Below are positions 9,710 to 22,294 of a DNA stretch of 63,718 nt, piece by piece. The position numbers and the translations under genes are program-made. The notes under the pieces are model-generated. The model saw only the letters and a list, made by a program, of their open reading frames with translations. It was not told the DNA's origin and ran no database searches. This DNA is from Azoarcus sp. (GTDB lineage Bacteria > Pseudomonadota > Gammaproteobacteria > Burkholderiales > Rhodocyclaceae), in assembly GCA_031277975.1 (NCBI GenBank), contig JAITLI010000013.1, forward strand, positions 1 through 63,718, read 5' to 3'. Every line of letters starts with the position of its first letter. The stretch's first letter is position 1.

Positions 9710-10621
9710 ATGGACGCGGATACCGCTCTCCCGCCGTGGGCCGAGGCGTATCTGGGCTGGCTGGCGACGCAGCGGCGGGCGGCGGCGCTCACGCTGGAGA
9801 GCTACCGGCGCGATTTGCTGCGCCTGGCCAAGTTCGCCGGGATGCGCATGCCGGAAGATCTGGATGCGCAGGACATCCGCCGTTTCACCGTCCGCCTGCA
9901 TGGCGAGGGTCTTTCCGGACGCTCGATCGCGCGCACGCTGTCGGCCTGGCGCGGCCTTTACCGCTGGTTGATCCGCCGCCATGGCCTGCGCGGCAATCCC
10001 GTCGCCGGTATCCGCGCACCCCGCTCGCCCGTCTTGCTGCCCAAGGCGTTGTCGGTGGAACAGGCCGCCGCGCTACTCGAAGCGCCATCCGAATCCGTGC
10101 TGGAGGTGCGAGATCACGCCATGTTCGAGCTTTTCTACTCTTCCGGATTGCGGCTGGCGGAACTGGCCGGGCTCGACCTCGACAGCGGCAGCGAGAACGG
10201 TTGGGTCGATGCCGCCAGCGCCATGGTCACGGTGCATGGCAAGCGCAAGCGCAAGCGCACGGTGCCGGTGGGCCAGCCGGCGCTCACGGCGATCGCGGCC
10301 TGGCTGGAGGTGCGCGCGCAATTGCCTTCCCGCGGCGAGCGGGCGTTGTTCATTACCCGCAATGGGCGGCGCATGAGCGCGGGCGCGATCCGCGGACGCC
10401 TGGCGCGCTGGACGCGGGAGGCCGGGCTTGGCGTGCACGTGCATCCGCACATGCTCCGGCACAGTTTCGCCAGCCACCTGTTGCAATCTTCCGGCGATCT
10501 GCGCGCGGTGCAGGAACTTCTCGGCCACGCCAGCATCCGTTCGACGCAGGTGTACACACATCTCGATTTCCAGCATTTGACGCGGGTCTACGAGGCCGCG
10601 CATCCCCGGGCGCGGAAGTAA
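9710..10621 (+). CDS. xerC: Tyrosine recombinase XerC
   Basis: SSGLRLAEL, HPHMLRHSFASHLLQSSGDLRAVQELLGH, TQVYTHLDFQHL; gene context. Confidence 0.95.
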   Translation: MDADTALPPWAEAYLGWLATQRRAAALTLESYRRDLLRLAKFAGMRMPEDLDAQDIRRFTVRLHGEGLSGRSIARTLSAWRGLYRWLIRRHGLRGNPVAGIRAPRSPVLLPKALSVEQAAALLEAPSESVLEVRDHAMFELFYSSGLRLAELAGLDLDSGSENGWVDAASAMVTVHGKRKRKRTVPVGQPALTAIAAWLEVRAQLPSRGERALFITRNGRRMSAGAIRGRLARWTREAGLGVHVHPHMLRHSFASHLLQSSGDLRAVQELLGHASIRSTQVYTHLDFQHLTRVYEAAHPRARK

Positions 10622-10670
10622 TGTAGCAAGCAACCGCGACAGCCAGCTTCCACAATCTTTTTCTTCCTCC

Positions 10671-11861
10671 ATGGCACGACTTCATCTTCATCCCGGCAAG
10701 GAACGTTCCGTCCTGCGCCGTCATCCCTGGATTTTCGCCGCTTCGGTGGCGCGGCTCGAAGGGCGGGCGCGGCGCGGCGACACGGTCGAGGTCGTGGCCG
10801 CCGACGGGCGCGTGCTGGCGCGGGCGGCATGGTCGCCGGAGTCGAAAATCCGCGCGCGCACGTGGAGTTTCGATGCCGCCGAAAATGTCGATCACGCTTT
10901 TTTCAAACGGCGGATCGCGCGGGCCGTGGCATGGCGGGCATCGTTTCCGGGGCTGGCGGGGCAGGAGGGAATACGCCTCATCCATGGCGAAGCCGACGGG
11001 TTGCCAGGGGTGATCGCCGACCGTTACGGCACCGTGGTCGTGATCCAGTTGACCAGTGCCGGGGCCGAGAAATGGCGCGAGGCGATTATCGCCGCGCTGG
11101 TACAGGCCACGGCGTGCGCGGCGATCTACGAGCGCTCGGATTCCGAGGTCAGGAGGCTCGAAGGTCTGGAGCCGGTCAGCGGATGCGCCTGGGGCGCGCT
11201 GCCCGCCGCGCCCCTGCTGATCGAGGAAAACGGGGTGCGCATGGAAGTCGATGTGGCCGCGGGCCACAAAACCGGTTTTTATCTCGATCAGCGCGATAAC
11301 CGTCTGCTGACCAGCGCCTTGGCGCGCGGGCGGCGGGTGCTGAATTGTTTCTGCTATACCGGCGGCTTTTCGTTGCAGGCGCTGGCGGGCGGCGCGGCGA
11401 ACGTGCTGTCGATCGACTCCTCCGGCCCGGCGCTGGCGGGCGCGGCGCGCAATCTCGCCCACAATCCGCAACTCGACGCGGACCGCGCGCGCTGGCGCGA
11501 GGACGATGTATTTTCCGCCCTGCGCGCGTTGCGGGAAGCGGGCGAAAATTTTGATCTGATCGTGCTCGATCCGCCCAAGTTCGCTCCTTCCGCCGCCCAC
11601 GCGGCGCGGGCGGCGCGCGCGTATAAGGACATCAACCTGTGCGCGTTCCGGCTGCTCGCACCCGAAGGCGTATTGATGACGTATTCCTGCTCGGGCGGTA
11701 TCGGCGCGGAGATGTTCCAGAAAATCGTCGCCGGGGCGGCAAGCGACGCCGGTGTCGACGCCTGTATCCTGCACCGCCTCACGGCGGCGGCCGATCACCC
11801 GATAGGGCTGGCCGCGCCCGAAGGTGAATATCTCAAGGGGCTGGTATTGCGGGTCGGCTGA
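10671..11861 (+). CDS. rlmI: 23S rRNA m5C1962 methyltransferase (RlmI family)
   Basis: RRHPWIF PUA-like N-terminus, GHKTGFYLDQRDNR, VLNCFCYTGGF, LDPPKF, SCSG. Confidence 0.9.
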   Translation: MARLHLHPGKERSVLRRHPWIFAASVARLEGRARRGDTVEVVAADGRVLARAAWSPESKIRARTWSFDAAENVDHAFFKRRIARAVAWRASFPGLAGQEGIRLIHGEADGLPGVIADRYGTVVVIQLTSAGAEKWREAIIAALVQATACAAIYERSDSEVRRLEGLEPVSGCAWGALPAAPLLIEENGVRMEVDVAAGHKTGFYLDQRDNRLLTSALARGRRVLNCFCYTGGFSLQALAGGAANVLSIDSSGPALAGAARNLAHNPQLDADRARWREDDVFSALRALREAGENFDLIVLDPPKFAPSAAHAARAARAYKDINLCAFRLLAPEGVLMTYSCSGGIGAEMFQKIVAGAASDAGVDACILHRLTAAADHPIGLAAPEGEYLKGLVLRVG

Positions 11862-12216
11862 CAGGAATGGCGGCGGGCGCGGCAAGAACCGGCTCGGAGA
11901 GCGCGACCGCTAGGCCCATCAGCCCCACGGCGAGCACGGCCAAGGTGAAATACAATTTTTGCATGGCGGGGCCGGGCAGGCGGCGAGGGGTGATGTGGTA
12001 ATTGCCGCACAAGAAAATGGCGCCCATCCCCGCCATCGCGAGCAGGCCCGCGCCGAGCGCGCGGCTGGCGGCGGCGCCGAACTGGCGGCCAAGAGCCGGA
12101 TCGAGGCGGCCGGGCATGAAAAACACCGGGCCATGGATGAACAGATAAAGCCCGCCGAGCACGCACAGCGCCAGCATCAGTACCAGGAATCCGCGTACCA
12201 TGGCGGCATGGCTCAC
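11833..12216 (-). CDS. Small hypothetical membrane protein (3 TM)
   Basis: ATG overlaps the ruvB stop; three hydrophobic segments. Confidence 0.6.
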   Translation of the reverse strand: MSHAAMVRGFLVLMLALCVLGGLYLFIHGPVFFMPGRLDPALGRQFGAAASRALGAGLLAMAGMGAIFLCGNYHITPRRLPGPAMQKLYFTLAVLAVGLMGLAVALSEPVLAAPAAIPVSRPAIPAP

Positions 12217-13265
12217 GAGGGGAACAGGCCGTCTCCGGGCGCGGGAGACGCCAGGCCGAAATGGCGCCGGATCGTGTGCGAGGCAACCCGACCGCGCGGA
12301 GTGCGTTGCAGATAACCCTGCTGGATCAGATAGGGTTCGATGACATCTTCGATGGTATCGGGGGATTCGCCGATCGCGGCGGCGAGGTTATCCAGCCCCA
12401 CCGGGCCGCCGTTGAATTTTTCCAGCATCGCGCCGAGCAGCTTGCGATCCATGAGATCGAGTCCAAGCGCATCGACATCGAGCATCCGCAACGCGGCGTC
12501 GGCGACCTCGCGGCCCACGCGGCCATTGGCGCGGACTTCGGCGTAATCCCGCACCCGGCGCAACAGGCGGTTGGCGATCCTTGGCGTGCCGCGCGCGCGG
12601 CGAGCGATCTCCATCGCGCCGGCTTCGTCGATTTCCATGCCCAGCAGGCGCGCCGAGCGCGTGACGATGACGGTCAATTCCTGTGGCGTATAGAACTCCA
12701 GGCGCGACACGATGCCGAAGCGGTCGCGCAGGGGATTGGTGAGCATGCCAGCGCGGGTGGTCGCGCCGATGAGGGTGAAGGGCGGCAGGTCGAGTTTGAC
12801 CGAACGCGCCGCCGGCCCTTCGCCGATCATGATGTCGATCTGGAAATCTTCGAGCGCCGGGTAGAGGATTTCTTCCACCACTGGCGAGAGACGGTGGATT
12901 TCATCGATGAAAAGGACGTCATGCGCGTCAAGATTGGTGAGCAGCGCCGCCAGATCGCCGGCGCGCTCCAGTACCGGCCCCGAGGTCTGGCGCAGATTGA
13001 CGCCCATTTCGGCGGCGATGATATGGGCGAGCGTGGTCTTGCCCAGTCCGGGCGGGCCGAAAAGCAGCACATGATCGAGCGCTTCCCGGCGCGCGCGCGC
13101 GGCGGTGATGAAAATTTCGAGTTGTTCGCGCGCCTTGGCCTGTCCAATGTATTCGGCCAGCCGCCGGGGGCGCAGGGCGCGCTCGATGGCATCTTCCCGC
13201 CGGTCGGCCACGGCGGGGGCGACGAGGCGGCTGTCTTCGGCCTGGAGAATATCGGTTTCTATCAT
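12213..13265 (-). CDS. ruvB: Holliday junction helicase RuvB
   Basis: MIETD start, [30 protein letters not shown]. Confidence 0.98.
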   Translation of the reverse strand: MIETDILQAEDSRLVAPAVADRREDAIERALRPRRLAEYIGQAKAREQLEIFITAARARREALDHVLLFGPPGLGKTTLAHIIAAEMGVNLRQTSGPVLERAGDLAALLTNLDAHDVLFIDEIHRLSPVVEEILYPALEDFQIDIMIGEGPAARSVKLDLPPFTLIGATTRAGMLTNPLRDRFGIVSRLEFYTPQELTVIVTRSARLLGMEIDEAGAMEIARRARGTPRIANRLLRRVRDYAEVRANGRVGREVADAALRMLDVDALGLDLMDRKLLGAMLEKFNGGPVGLDNLAAAIGESPDTIEDVIEPYLIQQGYLQRTPRGRVASHTIRRHFGLASPAPGDGLFPS

Positions 13266-13342
13266 GAGGCGAAGTGTAGCCGATGGCTCGTTCCGGCAAT
13301 GCGGGAATACGATGAAAGACATCGGCGGAAGAAATGCGGCGC

Positions 13343-13374
13343 GAAAAAGAAACGGGGAGCCGAAACTCCCCGTT
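13343..13374 (-). terminator. Rho-independent terminator after the THxN PEP-CTERM gene
   Basis: Minus strand AACGGGGAG-tttcgg-CTCCCCGTT followed by TCTTTTTC. Confidence 0.8.
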
Positions 13375-13409
13375 CGGATGGCGGTGGCCGCCTTGATCGC
13401 GAAAGCCGG

Positions 13410-14255
13410 TCAGGCGCGGCGGCGGCGGTACACCGCGCTCAATCCCGCCAAGCCGATACCGAACAAGGCCAGCACGCCAGGCTCGGGGACATCGCCGCGT
13501 CCGGGGGGAGGCGAGACCGCGCCTCCCCGGATCGAAAACGCGAACTGTACGGTCGTGTGATCCTGTTCCGGCGTCAGGAAGCCGACGCAGGGCGTGGGGG
13601 CGTGCGCCGCGCTGCATGCGGCATCGCTGATCGGGTTGATGAGCGAGGGGTCATCGAAATAGCTGAACGTGTAAGTCACGCCATCGTATTCGAACGAGCC
13701 GTTGATCGGGCTGTAGGCGATGGCGAAAACGTCATCGCATATCGACTGGCTGTCCGGGACGCAATTGCGGTTTGTGTTTTCCGATTCGAGAAAATACACA
13801 TCGAAGGATGTCGTGATCGTGTGCGCCACCACGGAAGCGTTATCGGAAGGGCGCAACGTGATTGTCGATACCAGTTGCGCTGCGGTGAGGGTGGTGAAAC
13901 CGGTCGAAATGATATTGTTGTAGTGCGTGAAAATATTCACCGGCACAGCGCCCGGCTTCGTGTTGGGGTCGGTGTGGGTGGCGATGGCGCCGGCAGCGGG
14001 GGTCTGGGTGATTTCCAGGCCGCTGCTCGAAAGGCTCTGCGGCTGGTTGGCGTCGTGGTAATCCCCGCCGCTGTAGCCCCAGCTGAGCGAACGCGCATCG
14101 TTGGACAGCGTGATGCCCGCGCCGTTTGGGCTGGGATTGGCCCAGTGCAGGTCGAGCACATAGTCCCACGAATCGACAAAAGCCGCGTGCGACGCGGACG
14201 CCGCCAACGCCAACATGCCGCCAATGGCGAGTCCGCGGATCGTTCTGATATTCAT
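13410..14255 (-). CDS. THxN-family PEP-CTERM protein
   Basis: Signal peptide (ASHA), FTHYN motif, C-terminal VPEPGVLALFGIGLAGLSAVYRRRRA; RBS AAGGA. Confidence 0.92.
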   Translation of the reverse strand: MNIRTIRGLAIGGMLALAASASHAAFVDSWDYVLDLHWANPSPNGAGITLSNDARSLSWGYSGGDYHDANQPQSLSSSGLEITQTPAAGAIATHTDPNTKPGAVPVNIFTHYNNIISTGFTTLTAAQLVSTITLRPSDNASVVAHTITTSFDVYFLESENTNRNCVPDSQSICDDVFAIAYSPINGSFEYDGVTYTFSYFDDPSLINPISDAACSAAHAPTPCVGFLTPEQDHTTVQFAFSIRGGAVSPPPGRGDVPEPGVLALFGIGLAGLSAVYRRRRA

Positions 14256-14308
14256 GGCATGTCCTTTGCAAAAAATCGGGAGCGATTCAATTTTCCACGA
14301 GGACATCA

Positions 14309-14324
14309 AGCACGAATCGCGCCA
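14309..14324 (-). promoter_or_regulatory. Sigma-54 promoter of the THxN gene
   Basis: Minus strand TGGCGCGATTCGTGCT = GG-N10-GC. Confidence 0.7.
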
Positions 14325-14374
14325 GGACGTACAACGATGATTTATTTGCGAAAAACGATTATATCCAACATACA

Positions 14375-14391
14375 TGTAAAGAAAATCGACA
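14375..14391. promoter_or_regulatory. PEP-CTERM-associated enhancer box (TGT-N11-ACA)
   Basis: TGTAAAGAAAATCGACA; matches the box at 922-938. Confidence 0.75.
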
Positions 14392-14393
14392 TT

Positions 14394-14993
14394 TCACCCC
14401 TTCGATAATTGCTTGAGCGCCTGCCGGATGCCGGCGGCGATCTCCACGTCCCCGGGCAGATCCTTCATCGCGCCGCGCGCTTCGCGTTCGCTGTAGCCGA
14501 GGGCGAGCAGGGCGTTGAGAATATCGCCGAACACATCGGCGGCGGGCGCGCCGGGGCGGGGCGGGGGAAGGGATGCCGCGCCGCGCGGAGGTGCTTCGAG
14601 CTTGCCGCGCAATTCCAGCAGCAGCCGTTCGGCGGTCTTCTTGCCGATGCCGGGGATTTTCACCAGACGCCCACTTTCCTGGAGCGCGATGGCCTGGGCC
14701 AGTTCGCCGGTCGACAGCCCGGAAAGCACCGCCAGCGCCATGCGCGCGCCGATACCGGAAATCCTGAGCAACTGGCGGAAAGTGGCGCGTTCCTCGTTCG
14801 TGGCGAAACCATAAAGAAAATGGCCGTCCTCGCGCACGAGAAAATGGGTATGAAGGCATACTTTTTCGCCGCGAGCGGGCAGATCATAGAACGTGCTCAT
14901 CGGCACGTCGAGTTCGTAGCCGACGCCGCCCGCGTCGATGAGGATCTGTGGCGGATTTTTTTCCAGCAGGATGCCGGACAGGCGTCCGATCAT
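14394..14993 (-). CDS. ruvA: Holliday junction branch migration protein RuvA
   Basis: MIGRLSG, GGVGYEL, VRED..LYGF, HhH motifs ISGIG and [12 protein letters not shown]. Confidence 0.97.
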   Translation of the reverse strand: MIGRLSGILLEKNPPQILIDAGGVGYELDVPMSTFYDLPARGEKVCLHTHFLVREDGHFLYGFATNEERATFRQLLRISGIGARMALAVLSGLSTGELAQAIALQESGRLVKIPGIGKKTAERLLLELRGKLEAPPRGAASLPPPRPGAPAADVFGDILNALLALGYSEREARGAMKDLPGDVEIAAGIRQALKQLSKG

Positions 14994-15014
14994 GCGTGTT
15001 TCTCCTTTTCTTTT

Positions 15015-15989
15015 CTACCGGACGGCGGCCCAGGCAAGCGCGGCGGCGATGAGCACGCCGTGCACATTGGCGGCGAGAATGGTGCGGACGATCGCCGGGC
15101 GCAGGGCGGCGGGATTCCCGGCGTATTCGATCAGATCGCGCCCGGCGGTGAGGGTGAGCGCCACCGTGAAAGCGGCGAATCCTGTTTCTTGCGGCAGGAT
15201 GTTTTCTCCAATCATGACGATCAGCCAGCCATGGGCGGCGATGCCGATCAGCAGATAGCCCCATTTTGCGGCATCCACGCCCAAGCGCACAACCAATGTG
15301 CGTTTGCCGGAAGCATCGTCGCCGGCGCGATCAGGAAACTGGTTGATGTAAAGAACATCGACAACCAGCAGGGCGAAGGAAAGACCGGCGGCCACGGGCT
15401 GGAAACTGAATGCGCCGCGCAGCGCATAATCGCTGCCGACCGTCACCAGCAGCCAGCCCGCAGCGATGGCGGTCTCGCCCAACCCTCGCCTGACCAGCGC
15501 CAGCGGCGGCGCGGTGTAAGCCCAGCCGAAGAAAAGCCCGGCCGCGCCGATGAGAAGAAGCCCCGGACCGCTCATCCACGCCAGCCACAATCCGGGTGGA
15601 ATCACCAGCGCGAGCAGGACATAGCCGAAAATGCCGGTATCGCGCGCGCTCAATACCCCGTTCTGGATGAAACGGCTACCGCCGGTAAAGGGGAAAAGCC
15701 GTTCATGATTGGCGGCGTCCGCGCCGCTGCGGGCGTCATGGTAATCGTTGATGACATTGATGCCGGCATGGACGGCGAGGGCGAGCAGCACGACGAGCAG
15801 CGCCCGCGGAAGGTCGAACGCCGCGCCGCCGAGACAGGCGCTTGCCAGTCCGATGAGACTGCCCGTCAGGGTGACGGACAGGAAAGCCGGGCGGGTGGCG
15901 GCGAAATAACAAGCGGCCAGCCCGCGAAAGTGGCCTGGAGCGGGTTCGGCGGGATGAGGACGGGGAACAGTGGCAGGATCGGAAAGCAT
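15015..15989 (-). CDS. UbiA-superfamily prenyltransferase, MenA-like
   Basis: ATRPAFL, NVINDYHD..SGAD, PFTGGSRFIQ, YTAPP..L..RGLGE, NQFPD..GD..SGKRTL; many TM segments. Confidence 0.88.
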   Translation of the reverse strand: MLSDPATVPRPHPAEPAPGHFRGLAACYFAATRPAFLSVTLTGSLIGLASACLGGAAFDLPRALLVVLLALAVHAGINVINDYHDARSGADAANHERLFPFTGGSRFIQNGVLSARDTGIFGYVLLALVIPPGLWLAWMSGPGLLLIGAAGLFFGWAYTAPPLALVRRGLGETAIAAGWLLVTVGSDYALRGAFSFQPVAAGLSFALLVVDVLYINQFPDRAGDDASGKRTLVVRLGVDAAKWGYLLIGIAAHGWLIVMIGENILPQETGFAAFTVALTLTAGRDLIEYAGNPAALRPAIVRTILAANVHGVLIAAALAWAAVR

Positions 15990-16250
15990 ATGAAGTCCGC
16001 AATTCCCGGGAAAACAGGTACGCCGTGAATCCCGGGAACCGCCCGGGAGAAGGAATTCAGTATGGTAACAACATCTCAGGAAGGGGCGGAAAATCTCCGC
16101 GCGCCGCGGCCACGAGAGAGGCGTATTGTGCCGCACATCATGATGACGGGTAAAGCGCGCGGCGGGCGCGTTTCGCAATATTGCTTGGTCACGCGCGCGC
16201 GCCCATGGAAGAATGCCCCCCTGTCTGTTTTTTCTCCCGGAGCCTGTCCC

Positions 16251-17699
16251 ATGCTGAGCCTCGACGATCCCGGCCTGTTGCGCGACCGCTGCCTCGTGGG
16301 CGGACAATGGCTGGATGCCGCGCGCCGCATCGAAATCGCCAACCCCGCCACTGGCGAGCCTCTTGCCAGCGTACCCGCCCTGGGCGAAGCGGAAACGCGC
16401 GCGGCCATCGCCGCCGCGGCGGACGCCTGGCCTGCCTGGCGGGTGCGTCCCGCCCGCGAGCGCTCGGCGATATTGCGGAACTGGTTCGAACAAATCGTGC
16501 GCCACCGGGAAGACCTCGCCCGCATCATGACCGCCGAACAAGGCAAGCCGCTTGCCGAAGCGCGTGGCGAGATCGCCTATGCCGCCTCCTTCATCGAGTG
16601 GTTCGCCGAGGAAGGCAAGCGCGCCTATGGCGACATCATTCCCGCCCCGACTCCGGGACAGCGCATCGTGGTGACGCGCGAGCCGGTCGGCGTGTGCGCG
16701 GCGATCACGCCGTGGAATTTCCCGGCGGCGATGATTACGCGCAAAGCCGCTCCGGCGCTGGCGGCGGGCTGTCCCATGGTGGTGAAGCCCGCGTCGCAAA
16801 CACCGCTCACCGCGCTGGCGCTGGCGGCGCTGGGCGAGCGCGCCGGCATCCCGCCGGGAGTGTTGTCGGTCGTGACCGGCCCGGCGGGCGAGACCGGCGC
16901 GGCGCTCGCCGCCGATCCCCGCGTGCGCAAGCTCAGTTTCACCGGCTCGACCGAAGTCGGGCGGATACTGATGGCGCAGGCTGCGGCGACGATCAAGAAA
17001 ATATCGCTGGAATTGGGCGGCAACGCGCCTTTCATCGTTTTCGACGACGCCGATCTCGAGGCTGCGGTCGAAGGCGCGTTGGCTTCCAAATATCGCAACG
17101 CGGGGCAAACCTGCGTGTGCGCCAACCGGTTCTATATCCATGACAAAGTGTACGACGCCTTCGCCGCCCGGCTGGTGCGCGCGGTCGAAACGCTCAAGGT
17201 GGGAAACGGCGCCGAGGCGGGCGTGGCGGTCGGGCCATTGATCGACGAAAGCGCGGTCGCCAAGGTCGAAGCCCACATTGCCGATGCCGTCGCGCACGGC
17301 GCGCGCATCCTCACCGGCGGGGCGCGGCATGTACTCGGGCGCACCTTTTTCACGCCCACGGTGCTCGTCGGCGCCAACGCGGCGATGGCGGTGGCGCGCG
17401 AAGAAACCTTCGGTCCGCTCGCGCCCCTGTTCCGCTTCCATACGGAGGACGAAGTCGTGGCGTTGGCCAACGACACCGAATACGGGCTGGCGAGTTATTT
17501 CTACGCGCGCGACCTGGGGCGCGCGTGGCGGGTGGCCGAGCGCCTGGAATATGGTATGGTGGGCGTCAATACTGGCATAATCTCGAACGAGGTCGCCCCT
17601 TTTGGCGGCGTCAAGCAATCCGGCATTGGCCGCGAAGGCTCGCGTTACGGCATCGGGGAATACTTGGCGATCAAATACATCAACATGAGCGGCATCTGA
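16251..17699 (+). CDS. gabD: NAD(P)-dependent succinate-semialdehyde dehydrogenase
   Basis: [46 protein letters not shown]. Confidence 0.93.
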   Translation: MLSLDDPGLLRDRCLVGGQWLDAARRIEIANPATGEPLASVPALGEAETRAAIAAAADAWPAWRVRPARERSAILRNWFEQIVRHREDLARIMTAEQGKPLAEARGEIAYAASFIEWFAEEGKRAYGDIIPAPTPGQRIVVTREPVGVCAAITPWNFPAAMITRKAAPALAAGCPMVVKPASQTPLTALALAALGERAGIPPGVLSVVTGPAGETGAALAADPRVRKLSFTGSTEVGRILMAQAAATIKKISLELGGNAPFIVFDDADLEAAVEGALASKYRNAGQTCVCANRFYIHDKVYDAFAARLVRAVETLKVGNGAEAGVAVGPLIDESAVAKVEAHIADAVAHGARILTGGARHVLGRTFFTPTVLVGANAAMAVAREETFGPLAPLFRFHTEDEVVALANDTEYGLASYFYARDLGRAWRVAERLEYGMVGVNTGIISNEVAPFGGVKQSGIGREGSRYGIGEYLAIKYINMSGI

Positions 17700-17719
17700 A
17701 CCTTCCCGTGGAGAAACAA

Positions 17720-18583
17720 ATGAAACGAATGCTTCGGGCAGTTTTACTGTTTTTTGTCTTTCTGTGCGGCACGCCGGTCTTCGCACAGTCAGCGGTATGG
17801 AAAATCAGCCATGGCGATAACGTAATGTATCTTGCCGGCAGTTGGCATATATTGAGGCAAACCGATTACCCGCTGCCCAGGGAATTCGACATGGCATTTG
17901 AAAGATCGGAAGCCGTGGCGTTTGAAACCAATATAGGCAAGCTCGAGATTGAAATCATGACGCATATGCGGAATCTTCTTCTTCCGCCCGGCAAGACCCT
18001 GAAGACGGAGCTGCGCCCCGAAGTCTATGAACGCCTGGCGCAAGAGTGTGCCGCGGCGGGCGTGCGGCTGGAGGACTTCCAACAATTCAAGCCAGCATGG
18101 GCGATGATGTTCATTGGAGTCAAGCTGCTTGAAAAAATGGGTTTCGTGAAACCGGGCGTTGACTTTCACTATTACGCCCACGCCAAGAAAGCCGGTAAAA
18201 GGCGCCTGTTCCTGGAAAGCATCGAGACCCAGCTAACGGTATTCGATGATATCGACCCAAATGAAGTCGCGGAAGCTGAAGTCGCGGAAGCATCCATGGG
18301 AGACTTCGATCAATACACGCGCATTGCCGAATACATCGAGGAGTGGAAACTCGGCAAGGCCGAAGGCACGGAAGCGTTGATAGAACAAACCCGATTGAAA
18401 TCGCCCGCCCTTTACAATCGTCTATTCACCAAAAGAAATCATGCCTGGCTTCCCAGACTGGAGCGCTTCCTGAAAACGAAAAGAACGGAATTCGTGATTG
18501 TGGGCTTCGGGCACCTCATCGGCAAGGACGGCTTGTTGCATCTCCTGCGCAGCAAAGGCTACAAGGTGGAACAGCTCAAATGA
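17720..18583 (+). CDS. TraB/GumN family protein, secreted
   Basis: Signal peptide, VWKIS..YLAGSWH, GVD, LESIETQL, RNHAW, VGFGHL. Confidence 0.88.
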   Translation: MKRMLRAVLLFFVFLCGTPVFAQSAVWKISHGDNVMYLAGSWHILRQTDYPLPREFDMAFERSEAVAFETNIGKLEIEIMTHMRNLLLPPGKTLKTELRPEVYERLAQECAAAGVRLEDFQQFKPAWAMMFIGVKLLEKMGFVKPGVDFHYYAHAKKAGKRRLFLESIETQLTVFDDIDPNEVAEAEVAEASMGDFDQYTRIAEYIEEWKLGKAEGTEALIEQTRLKSPALYNRLFTKRNHAWLPRLERFLKTKRTEFVIVGFGHLIGKDGLLHLLRSKGYKVEQLK

Positions 18584-18841
18584 CGCCTGGCCGGAAGCGG
18601 CACAATCCTGGCGGCGGGGAGTGGATGGCCGTCTCGCGCCTCCCACCCCCTTTTAATCAGCGCCGCTGATTAAAGCGGATTAACAAATTGAAGCACATAT
18701 CCTCCGAAAAGTGCGGATCGACATGAGCGCATCAAGTTGATTTGCTATAAAGACGGCCCTGCAAGTTGCCGTGGCGTTTCGGAAGGCTGATCCGTTGCGG
18801 CGGCGGATATATGGTTGGGCGGAACCCACCCGCCCCGGTTT

Positions 18842-21571
<2,730 letters not shown>

Positions 21572-21646
21572 GGATAGAATCGAAACCGACGCGGAAAAAC
21601 GGGCAGTTTATCATGGCGAACGCAATCCACCGGAGCACGTAATTCG

Positions 21647-22084
21647 ATGAGCACGCTTCTGCACCGCTATCTCGACCGCGACACGCCGCTTGCCCGCCTT
21701 GTGGATCACGCCGCCCGCCTGCAACGCCTGCAACGCGTGCTCGCGGCGGGGCTGCCCGCGCAATACGCGCACGCCTGCCGCGTCGCCAACCTGAAAGACG
21801 ACACCCTGATCGTCAACGTACGCGGCAGCGCCATCGCGGTGCGGCTCAAACAAACGATCCCGACCCTGCTGGAGCATTTCGCCCACGCCGGTCATCCCCT
21901 GCAACGCATCAGGATCAAGATCGAACTGCCGGACAGCGCGCCCGCGCCGCGCCCGCCGCCCGCGCGCGTCCTCTCGGATGCGGCGCAAGCGCACATCGAG
22001 ACCTTTGCCGCCACCTTGCCGGCGGACGCCCCCCTGCGCGGCGCGCTCGAAACATTGACGCGGCGAAAACGACCGCCGGTGTGA
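21647..22084 (+). CDS. DciA (DUF721) family protein
   Basis: CRVANL..TLIV..SAIAVRLKQ pattern; divergent from secA as in other proteobacteria. Confidence 0.78.
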   Translation: MSTLLHRYLDRDTPLARLVDHAARLQRLQRVLAAGLPAQYAHACRVANLKDDTLIVNVRGSAIAVRLKQTIPTLLEHFAHAGHPLQRIRIKIELPDSAPAPRPPPARVLSDAAQAHIETFAATLPADAPLRGALETLTRRKRPPV

Positions 22085-22114
22085 ATACATGGAAAAAACG
22101 GGAACGAACCGCCA

Positions 22115-22144
22115 TTGACGCGCCTTGCCGCAGCCCGATAGAAT
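22115..22144 (+). promoter_or_regulatory. Sigma-70 promoter of tRNA-Val
   Basis: TTGACG-N18-TAGAAT with a GC-rich discriminator. Confidence 0.7.
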
Positions 22145-22160
22145 CACGCCTTCTCGCAAG

Positions 22161-22235
22161 GGGCGGTTAGCTCAGCGGTAGAGCACTGCCTTCACACGGC
22201 AGGGGTCACTGGTTCGAACCCAGTACCGCCCACCA
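22161..22235 (+). tRNA. tRNA-Val (anticodon CAC)
   Basis: GGGCGGT/ACCGCCC acceptor stem, CTGCC-TTCACAC-GGCAG anticodon arm, GGTTCGAA T loop, CCA end. Confidence 0.97.
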
Positions 22236-22243
22236 GATGCCTG

Positions 22244-22279
22244 CCCCGCCGTCGGCAACGACGGCGGGGTTTTTCTTTT
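22244..22279 (+). terminator. Rho-independent terminator after the tRNA
   Basis: CCCCGCCGTCG-gcaa-CGACGGCGGGG followed by TTTTTCTTTT. Confidence 0.88.
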
Positions 22280-22294
22280 CCGGGATTGGCCAGC

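Noticed and set aside
9710..10621. Tyrosine recombinase as a prophage or island integrase
   Set aside because: The XerC signature and the dapF-DUF484-xerC context indicate the housekeeping gene; no att sites or phage genes
15990..17786. N-terminal 600 aa of the 923-aa ORF (likewise the extensions of the ilvD and MlaF ORFs)
   Set aside because: Antisense or off-frame run-through of neighbouring genes; the real starts lie downstream
22161..22279. tRNA-Val as an island integration site
   Set aside because: Followed directly by its terminator and gltX; no duplicated 3' end or integrase seen
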